Positions 54,345 to 64,000 of a stretch of DNA of 64,000 nucleotides are shown in pieces (positions within the stretch are counted from its first letter, which is position 1; each line of letters opens with the position of its first letter). The DNA comes from the human T2T-CHM13v2.0 reference genome, Homo sapiens. The notes beneath the pieces are model-generated. The model worked only from the letters and a program-made list of their open reading frames with translations, ran no database searches and had not been told where the DNA came from. A program made the position numbers and the translations under genes. The stretch lies in the NCBI RefSeq assembly GCF_009914755.1, contig NC_060926.1. The stretch is one strand, 5' to 3'.

Positions 54345-54900
54345 ATAGGGTTCTCTGGCTGAGAGCAACAGAAAACCCTGACAAACTGGCCTAAGCAATA
54401 AAAGCATACATCTATATATACACATATGTATTTGTCTTAATTTAAGCATCACAAAAAGTAAGGTGGCTCTACTATTGGTCAATTTAGCAGTTTAACATCG
54501 AAATAAAAGATTTAAGATCTTTCTATTGTTCTGTTCTCCCATGTTCATCATATTAGCTTTATTCTCACATAGCTCTCCTTTTGACTGAAAAATACTGCCA
54601 TGGTTCTAAGCACCCCACGCAGACAAAAAATATTCAGTAGAAGAAGTGGGACTGTTCCCCTGTGCATATTTATTTAAGAGCAAGAAAACTTTATGCCAAA
54701 GATCTCTTCTCTTGTCATATTGTTGAGAAATGTGTCACATACTGATCCCTCACCAATCTTGGGCAAAGGGCATGAGATACCATGGTTTTCTTAAACTAAT
54801 TAGAATTCACCCATGAGGTATATGTGAGATTCATGGACACTTGAACAGTTATGGTCCTGCCAGCAAAAGAGGTGGCATAGAACTGTTGGGAAGGAAGTTA
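54345..54900 (-). mobile_element. Ancient MaLR (MLT1-type) LTR, degenerate
   Basis: gcaacagaaaaccctgacaaactggcctaagcaataaaag start motif; rest weak. Confidence 0.4.
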
Positions 54901-55135
54901 CAAATGGGCACCCATTTTACAGATGAGATATGTAGTTGAGGCCCTGACCATATCTTGTCCTAAGTCCCATTGCCTTCAGAGCAAAGATATTAACCTTAGT
55001 GGTTTGGCTACATTCCAAGCTCTGTAATTATCTTCAGTGTCTCTATAGTTTTTACAGTTTAATGTAAAGAAATTACTCCTTTTTCTTGATGAAATGTGTA
55101 GGAATAGAATGTCTTTCTGCCCTAGAAGTGACTCT

Positions 55136-55270
55136 CAGGGCTGACACAAGGGTAAGGTGAGTAAAGTGCTTTGGGTGTAAACTTTAAAGAAGCACCCACT
55201 TAAATTTTAGGAAGGGCCTTAAATTCTGCATCCAATACACCTCACTTGCTTCTCTGTTGTCCAGGCCCTT
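55136..55270. mobile_element. MER91-like (hAT-Tip100) MITE
   Basis: cagggctgacacaagggtaaggtgag...ctcacttgc...ccaggccct, imperfect terminal inverted symmetry. Confidence 0.45.
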
Positions 55271-55597
55271 GTGGCTGTGTTTTAATGTGAGCCTTAACTT
55301 GTAATATAGTTTTCAAATATTTTGGATTAGTCTCGAGATCATTGTCCTTCATCCTGCAATAGAACTTTTTTTTCCCCCATGAGAGAGCTTTAAGCTAATT
55401 CCCAGTACTTGGAAGGACAATTCTGGCCATTGGGTATATAACAAAACATGGCAACAGTTTTTTGAGCCAGTAAAATTTGGTTTTAAATGGTTTAAATCAT
55501 TTTTAAAATGATTTAAAAATACTTTTCTCTTGAAGGCCTGACATGATCAGCACTGGGCGTGACCCAAAGATGGAATGAAGAACATGAATGGATGACT

Positions 55598-55611
55598 GTT
55601 TCCTTAGCAAC
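55598..55611 (-). promoter_or_regulatory. RFX X-box-like motif GTTGCTAAGGAAAC
   Basis: Close match to the X-box palindrome GTTGCCATGGCAAC, in unique sequence. Confidence 0.35.
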
Positions 55612-55877
55612 GAGAACCATATGTTTCCTTTGAAACAAGAAACCAAAAGAAAAGTTCCCATCCATTTTTCTTTCCACCAATTCAAAGACTAAATAGTAGT
55701 GGCTTAAAATTATAATGTTTATTCAATCGATAACTTACTGAAGACATATCATATGCAAAGCAATAATTATAGTTTAAACATTTAGATAAGCCTTCTTTTA
55801 CCTATTATTCGTTCAGCTACATTACTAGATGCATAGGAAACTCTGTAATGCAGGTATTTACTAAAAACAGTAAAAGA

Positions 55878-56045
55878 GTGAATCTCAGCTTTAGCTGCAT
55901 ATAAGAATTGCCTAAGCAGCTTTTAAAAAACAAAGATGCTTGGATCCAATAGAATATGATTCAGTTGCTCTCACCCAGCATCCGTATTTTTTTAAAGTGC
56001 CCCCCAGGTGATTGTAATGTGCAGCTAGGATTGAGAATCACAGCG
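55878..56045. mobile_element. MER5B-like MITE
   Basis: ttagctgcatataagaattgcct...ttttttaaagtgccccccaggtgattgtaatgtgcagctaggattgagaatcac. Confidence 0.7.
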
Positions 56046-56669
56046 CTGAGAAAATTTATGGCATTGATAAATCAGCTAAACAATTTGAATTACATCAGTT
56101 GGAGATTAGAGTTTATAGAAAATTTCAGAGGGTGGAGTTCAAATTTTTCCCTGATTTACTGTTTTTCAGGACAAGGTTTCAACAAACGTATAAATCAGAG
56201 TCCCCCAATTAGTCAATCTCTAAGTCTACCTTGGGTTTAAGGTAGGGAAAGAACTGATGAGATGACTGCAGCTGATGCCAAACCCACCCCAAAACCTGCC
56301 TCCTCACAGGCTTCCAGAAGCACACCTAGGAGAAGAACAAATCCGGAGCCTTTTCCCTTAGCTATGTCCTGTCTGGAAATGCAGCCCCAAGGGCTTCAGA
56401 GAAGAGTTGGCCTGGGTCACAGAGGCTGCCTGACCTGCTCAAGGTCATGCTCCAGGAAGTGTGAGAATTTGTGGAAATCTTGGCCTTCTAGTCCTAATCC
56501 AGAGTTTGGGCCACGCCTTGGATGGAAACAGACAAGACTCTAATTCTCAACCTGTTTTTATTTTTTAAAAAATACTGGTCAGGTAATAAAAGACAAAAAA
56601 TATTGTCTCTTACAGTTCAGATGCCCAAATGTTAAGAAGCTGATCCTTTTTAGGAGAACTTTCTACAAT

Positions 56670-56860
56670 TATTCATTCATCTATTGTCCCTTTCAACAGA
56701 ATTTCATGGAATGCCTACTACGTGCAGGGGCTATGATAAGTGATGAGGTTACAAATGTGTGCAGTGCACAGTTTCTACTTGTAAACACTACAAAATCTAG
56801 GTGAGGAAGCAGACAGGCACACAGTGTAATACATGTGTGATGAAGGTAAGTCAGGGGGCT
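56670..56860 (-). mobile_element. L2 3' end fragment
   Basis: attcattcat...tcaacagaatttcatggaatgcctactacgtgcaggg. Confidence 0.6.
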
Positions 56861-57267
56861 ATGAAAATTCCAAAACTACCACATCAACCAGAATTGGAAA
56901 ATGGAATTAGAAAATAACAATGCAGCTAAAGCTAAAAAAATTAAGTAGTAGGAGAGATAATGTATTAATTTAACCTACTATTAGCAGGTAAGCTGATCAA
57001 AAATAAATTGCTAAAAATAATGGAAGAGTGTTACAGGAGAATGGAGAGCATTTTGTATTCAATTAGTTCAGCCAATATTTATTAAGCATATAGTATTGAG
57101 AACCATATGGCAAAGGGATAAAAGAGTTGATATGGGGGACTTTGTTACCCCTACCACCTTTTTTAATGGAGCTTGCATTTAATGGGAAAGGCAGATGTTA
57201 ATAATAATAAAAATGGCATGATATAAAAATAGTGTTGATAAAAATAACCTTTAGGTGCTCTAAAACC

Positions 57268-57418
57268 TTCCTACCAAATTCTGGTTCATGGAGTAGCAAC
57301 ATTGGTCTCACCTAGGAACTTGTCAGAAATGCAAGTCCCATCCCAGAGCTATTAAATTACAATCTGCATTTTAATAAGATTGCCAAAAGAACTGTGTGCA
57401 GGCTCAAGTTTGAGAGGC
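57268..57418. mobile_element. MER5A
   Basis: cacctaggaacttgtcagaaatgcaa...aatctgcattttaataagat...aagtttgaga. Confidence 0.75.
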
Positions 57419-57424
57419 AATTAT

Positions 57425-57610
57425 TTATTATATGCTAAATGCTTTACATGTATTAACTTCTTAAAACTGCACAACAACCTTACAAAAGAGGTACTAATTT
57501 GCACCCACATCTGATACCTGAAGATCTTGAAGCTTAACTAAGCAATGTGCCCAAGGTAACAGAGGTAGTAAATTGGTAGAGCTCTCTGATTCACAGTAAG
57601 TTGACTCTCA
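57425..57610 (-). mobile_element. MIR
   Basis: tgctaaatgctttacatgtattaact...cacaacaacctt...tgcccaaggtaacagaggtagtaa. Confidence 0.7.
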
Positions 57611-58730
57611 ATCTCATGTTCTGTTTATTTGCAAATAAAATGATCCTTAAAAGGTCAAGAAAAACCAACAGCATCTTGGAAGCTGGACTGCATTCATTTT
57701 GTAACTATCAAAGATCAGAGGTGAGTTATCTTTTTATTCAAAAACCAAGCAAGTCATCTGTATGATCTCACTAGGAACTACACTAGACATAAAAGGATAT
57801 GGAGATGTGTCAAAGTCCCAGTGAACCTTGGTCCAGCTACTTCTGCACCGGAGCTCCACCAGGGTTTTGAGAAGGTGAGACTCGGCTAAATCATGCCCAA
57901 TTATCAAAACCCTACGCCAAATTTCACTGGCTACAGGAATCCTTGGGCATTGCTGGGCCTGTCCAGCTTAATACCTCAAGTACAGTTTATCTTCTTTCCA
58001 TAATTTGTTGAGTTAGTCCCAGATGATATGCAGCATGTGAAATGACCATTCAAAATTCTATCAGCTGTCAGGATAGAGGCGGAGAAAAGGAGAATCTACC
58101 ATGTGGCAAAGAAAAAAACAATTGCAAACAATTCCCCAGGTAGTTTCAGTCAGCTAGGGCATAAATGCTTCTAGATAAAATCAAAACAAAATAGTTTGCA
58201 AAAGTGTCTTCTCCGTCAATGGTAGAACCTTAAAATTTAGTTTTCCTAAGGTCTTTTCAAGTTCAAGAGGTGACGTGGAGAAAAAATATGTCACATTCGT
58301 TTGCTTTTGAAAAGACAAGGCAGCCCTCACCTAGTGTGGCTGCTTTGTTTTCAAGCTTGTTCCTAAGAGTAACTTAAAAGAAAGATGACTGTAATAAAGG
58401 AAGAGATGTGATAAAATTCTCTAATGAAATAACATGTTTTACTCCTCTCAGGCTTAGAGGAAGTTAGGTTGGATAACCTGAACACTTGCTTTTGAGACTG
58501 AACCATCTACATATGAACCACAAAAAAGGGCTTTTTTCTTTATAATCACAATCCCCTACAGTTAACATCTCTCTCTTCCATCTGGGTTTGCTGGTAGCAT
58601 CGATAAGGATGTAGCTCGATATTTCCTTTAATAGAGAGATTCAAAAAGGTTTGATTTGTAGGGTATCCTAGTGATGTCAGATCCCATTAAATTGTTTCAC
58701 TTCTTCAGGGTTAAAAGGGACCTTTTCCAT

Positions 58731-59562
58731 TTATTTTATTTTATTTTATTTTATTATTATTATACTTTAAGTTTTAGGGTACATGTGCACAACGTGCAGG
58801 TTTGTTACATATGTATACATGTGCCATGTTGGTGTGCTGCACCCATTAACTCGTCATTTAGCATTAGGTATATCTCCTAATGCTATCCCTCCCCCCTCCC
58901 CCCACCCCACAACAGTCCCCGGTGTGTGATGTTCCCCTTCCTGTGTCCATGTGTTCTCATTGTTCAATTCCCACCTATGAGTGAGAACATGCGGTGTTTG
59001 ATTTTTTGTCCTTGCGATAGTTTGCTGAGAATGATGGTTTCCAGTTTCATCCATGTCCCTACAAAGGACATGAACTCATCATTTTTTATGGCTGCACAGT
59101 ATTCCATGGTGTATATGTGCCACATTTTCTTAATCCAGTCTATCCTTGTTGGACATTTAGGTTGGTTCCAAGTCTTTGCTATTGTGAATAATGCCACTAT
59201 AAACATATGTGTGCATGTGTCCTTATAGCAGCACGATTTATAATCCTTTGGGTATATACCCAGCAATGGTATGGCTGGGTCAAATGATATTTCTAGTTCT
59301 AGATCCCTGAGGAATCGCCACACAAGAAAAAAACAAACAACCCTATCAAAAAGTAGGCGAAGGATATGAACAGACACTTCTCAAAAGAAGACATTTATGC
59401 AGCCAAAAAACACATGAAAAAATGCTCATCATCACTGGCCATCAGAGAAACGCAAATCAAAACCACAATGAGATACCATCTCACACCAGTTAGAATGGCG
59501 ATCATTAAAAAGTTAGGAAACAACAGGTTCTGGAGAGGATGTGGAGAAATAGGAACACTTTT
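58731..59562 (-). mobile_element. 5'-truncated, 5'-inverted L1PA3/4-type element (minus segment 58731-59323, inverted plus segment ~59322-59562)
   Basis: L1 3' UTR and ORF2 C-terminus (…DPAIPLLGIYPKDYKSCCYKDTCT…SLIGGN) on minus; the upstream ORF2 segment ([21 protein letters not shown]…) on plus; TSD cttttccat at 58722 and 59558. Confidence 0.97.
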
Positions 59563-60094
59563 CCATCTTTAAATATGGCTGCAGTGAGGGTATTTTACAG
59601 GTGGTTGATAAAGCAATTACTTGGAATTGTTTCTGTGCTTTTAATGATGTAACTAACACGGCATGACATTGGGGATTATTAAATACTCAGAAAAGTGGCC
59701 TTTTGAGAAAATTATGAAAAACTGTGGAGCTTTAGATTTGTACTTCTCTTTTGTATGGTCAAACAGAATGGCAGCCTCAGAAAGGATACACACATGATGT
59801 ATGGCAAGTTGAGCAAACTTGTCCCAACTTAAATAGATTGTAGTGGCCGTGGTGAGTTGTACTGATGATCTCAAACAATTTCAGAACTCTGAGGATAAAA
59901 GCTCAGGGATCAATTAGTGATCTCTGCCATAGGCAATTGGTGTTAGGAGTGGAGCAGGGGTGGTTACCCTCATTCCAGATGATTCATCATATCTCACCTA
60001 GGTTCTTGCTTCTCATAGGACCATGGAAGACTAGAAATACTTTCCCTTTTCCAAAAGGCTTTTGCAATATTATCTGCATTATGCTCTTCCAACT

Positions 60095-60457
60095 TGATAT
60101 GGTTTGACTTTGTGTCCCCACGTAAATCTCATCTTGAATTGTCATCCCCAGATGTTGAGGGAGGGACCTGGTAGGAGCTGATTGGATCGTGGGGCAATTT
60201 CTCCCATGCTTTTCTCATGATAGTGAGTGAGTTCTCATGAGATCTGGTGGTTTTATAAATGATTAGAAGTTCTTCTTTCATTCTTCTGTCTCCTGTCATT
60301 TTGTGAAGAAGGCGTCTGCTTCCCCTTCTGCCACGATTGTAAGTTTCCTGAGGCCAGCCCAGCCATGCAGAACCGTGAGTCAATCAAGTCTCTTTCCTTT
60401 ATAAATTACCCAGTATTAGGGAAGTTCTTTATAGCAGCGTGAAAATGGACTAATACA
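60095..60457 (+). mobile_element. THE1D/MSTA-type solo LTR
   Basis: tgatatggtttg...tgtgtcccca...aaatggactaataca; TSD caact/ccact. Confidence 0.92.
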
Positions 60458-61094
60458 CCACTCTTACATAAATGAGTCAGGAAGCCATCAGTAGATTAGT
60501 AAGAAAACAGTTGATGCAAACTGAGTAGTAAAGGAAGATTTAATTATCTTAGTGGGCTTATGCCTAAAAGAGTTTGTGAAGCCTTTCATGTACCTAGCAT
60601 TATACATAAACTCTAAATTTCTATCATTTTTCATGGAAAAGAAAAATTGATAAGTCATTTGGATGATACAATTGGAATGAAATACATCTCCTTCTTCACC
60701 TACAGCATTGCAGCCAATTTAGGTAGAGACTGAGTGACCAGAGATAAGAACTCTCAACCAATATGGGACCAGCACCTCGGTGGCAGTGGGAAGGGATCTT
60801 AGCTGCACCCCAAAAGTAAAGTCCATATAACCTGAAACAGAGCAATCAATATAAGTAGTGAATACCAGAGGACTGACACAGGTGACAGAATTAGGGTGGG
60901 CTGGGGAGGGTATTGGCTAATGGGTCAGAATTCAGGAGAAGGGACAGGAGCTCTTCAAAACGTTGATTTCTACTTTAGGTCTCTACTGTTAGTTTCCTTA
61001 GCATTTGTGGTCAACAATTAAGGTAATGCTAAATATTTTAGTTTTGGGTTACAGTTGCATCCCAATTCCAGGCACACATGTCTATAAAAGTGAA

Positions 61095-61335
61095 AGTAGT
61101 ACTAACTGATGCAACCAATAAACCAAATCTCAGTGAATTAACTCGAGATTTTTTCTCATTCACTTAAAATTCAATTGGCAATGAAAGAAGTTACTAATCT
61201 CTTCTTGCTCACATTTCATTGTTCTGAATTCAGACGCATGGCCACATCACATCACAAGGGAGGCTGGGAAGTGTAGTCTAGCTGTCTGCCTAGAAGGAAA
61301 GGAATCAGGTTGAACATCTAGCCAGTCTGTGCACA
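61095..61335 (-). mobile_element. MLT1 (J/K-like) LTR remnant
   Basis: ccaaatctcagtgaattaac...catggccacatc...caagggaggctgggaagtgtagtctagctgt. Confidence 0.6.
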
Positions 61336-62240
61336 GAAGTGTAGACAGTTTGCTTTAACCAGCTAGCCAAGAAAATTAATCCTTATCTGTATATTGTATA
61401 AATATATAGTGTCTTATACAAGTAGTTGTGTCATTTTGTTGTATTGTCTGTTGGTTCAGTTAATTTTCTTGCTGCACTTTCAGCTCATTGACTTGTGAAA
61501 AACATGGCCATTCTTTGTATTTTGCTTTGTAAAGCATATAGTATGGCTTCACAACAAAAGAGAAGATAAATAATGTATTCTTTATGAGGAAGGTAGCAGG
61601 ATACATTCCATGAGTAGCACATGTACAATTCTGCAAATGTCTCACTATGCCATTTTTCACTTGCAGCGCTTTCAAACTTGAAGGCTTTTGCTTTTTACTG
61701 TCTCAATTTTTTGCCAAGAAATTAACAGGTGATACCCAAGTATCCAAAAATAATCTCAAAACAGTATGCCAGAGGAATGTCAATATAGTTAGAAGCAATA
61801 TAAATGTCGGCAAAAGTTGAATAGAATTGAAATGCTTTCTCCACCTCATTCTCCTTTTCCTCCCATTTCTTTCTTTTTCCCCTTTTGTCTTCCTCCTCTT
61901 CCACCTCCATCATCATATACCAGAAATAAATTCTTGAGGAAAGCCCTGTTTGTTGCCAGGTGGCATAACTTTGGAATATCCTGAGAATAAAATGCAGAAA
62001 AGCTGACACTGTGACCAAGACTCTTCTTATTTTGATTGACATGGACGTGACTTGGAATGGATCCAACATATAGCAAGCCAAATAGTTTCATAATTTTTCG
62101 TTTGAATCAGCTCAGTTCCTCTAGCATATTAGATCTGTGCCATGTCTTAATGGAAGCAAATAGGTAGCTTAAGGCATCCAAGACTAGATTTGTCGTGATC
62201 CACAGAATTGGGAAAAGTAAGGTATACTTAAATTGTATAG

Positions 62241-62597
<357 letters not shown>

Positions 62598-63986
62598 TGA
62601 GTTTTAGATTAATATTGTACTGTAAATATGAATGAACTCATAAAAATGTGTAAATGTAACACAATCACTTTGAAAAGTTATTATTTTACTTTAGAATGTT
62701 CATAATGCTTTTCATCAACTGATTTGTTATTCTTTGGGATATTTATTCATTGAAAAATAAAAACTAAATATTTTTTAAAGTTGATGTCTTGGTTATAGTC
62801 AGCCCCTAGAGTTGCTTTAAAAATGACCCTGCACTTTCCAATTCCTGACCAAAATCTAAGTGAGTGTACACTAGAGATTTACAAGATATATCAGAGGCTT
62901 ACTTTATTTAAAAATGATTTTTAATGGTTTGATTCTGGAAAGTAAAACTTAAAACATCTTGTCAAGTACTTCTATGATGGTTATTAAAAATACATTTGTA
63001 TTTCAGGGTATATTTAAACCATATGTTCTTATTTGCTTCCATTTAGCACATTAAACTACTAGTTTGCAAGAGACAGTCAATATCCAAGAAACCACAAAAG
63101 CACCCTCTTAAAAATAGTTTCACATATTTCTTCTTTTAGCACAAAGTGACACTTCCCCCCGCCCACCCCCTCCCCACCTGCCAGCATTGAGCACACCTGG
63201 AAGGCTTTATATTTAACCGAAACTTAGACTTCATAAAATTAGAGTCACTTCTAGACTCGGCAAGTTTTTATTTATTTGAATGAGGATCAGTTAGAAGTTA
63301 GAACACTGTCTTAAATTTCTTTTAGCCATTTTTTCTTCTGGGTTTTTCCAGTGATTTAAACAATTAGAAGATTGGATATCAAGCGGTACTTATCTAAGTA
63401 TTTTAAAATTGTGCCAAAATAAAAGCTAATCATTTTGTAATCAGTATGCATAGAAGAGAAGCAGCAGCAGTAAAGCAGTTGCTGCATGTTTGCTGACAAA
63501 ATATTTAATCCAAACATTTAATTTCAATCTGCCACTGTTCTCAGTCAGTATAATTACTTTAAGCAAATACCACGTTGGAAAAAAATGGTCCCAGACACTG
63601 AAATGTAAATAATACAATATAATCATCACCACACTCAAATTCATATACTGTAATTTCTTTGTGTCACTTTCATAAACATGGATGTAATAATGTTGAAATT
63701 ATTGTAAACATGCAGATCTAAGCCATACTTATAGAAGTTGGTTTCCTCTTGTTGGCTATACACACCTGACATAAAGAATTGCTGAACAAGAAAATTACAT
63801 GGCTCTTCTTATAATATTAATTGGGAATGAGCAAAATTAATTTTGTACATTTTTGTCATGTAAAAGTTAGACAAAGTATACAATCTAGAAAAACTGGCAA
63901 AATCATTTATCCAATGAGTGTTTGTAGAATATGTCAAATATGAGATGTTAAGTATGATAAATATACGTAAAACAAAAATTTCTAGA

Positions 63987-64000
63987 GGCTGGGCATGGTG
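63987..64000 (+). mobile_element. Start of an Alu, cut by window edge
   Basis: ggctgggcatggtg. Confidence 0.7.

Noticed and set aside
58887-58910. G-quadruplex motif on minus
   Set aside because: Standard L1PA 3' UTR G-rich tract
58964-59377. 137-aa ORF with L1 ORF2 C-terminus
   Set aside because: Chimera created by the L1 inversion, starts at GTG, no promoter; not a gene

Overview
This is AT-rich, CpG-poor primate (most likely human or great ape) non-coding DNA, either intergenic or deep intronic. The primate assignment rests on AluJ/S/Y copies, an L1PA3/4-type 3' end and THE1/MST MaLR LTRs. I found no credible protein-coding exon, structural RNA gene, CpG island or prokaryote-type system. 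The ORF-track entries are chance ORFs or repeat-derived (Alu, THE1-int, L1 ORF2, TA repeats). The window holds 12 Alu copies, a full-length THE1 provirus, solo MaLR/ERVL/MER21 LTRs, an inverted and truncated young L1, and old L1M/L2/MIR/MER fragments. The items most worth checking are: (i) several perfect short inverted repeats, the best being a 24-bp pair whose loop carries a 10-bp duplication; (ii) a 92-bp perfect AT palindrome; (iii) a THE1 provirus whose 5' LTR has lost its poly(A) signal; (iv) a twin-primed L1; (v) a MEIS/PBX-HOX motif cluster; and (vi) a few candidate non-coding exons. I cannot support a new biological system. Repeat subfamily names are recalled from consensus sequences, not computed, and boundaries of old repeats are approximate.
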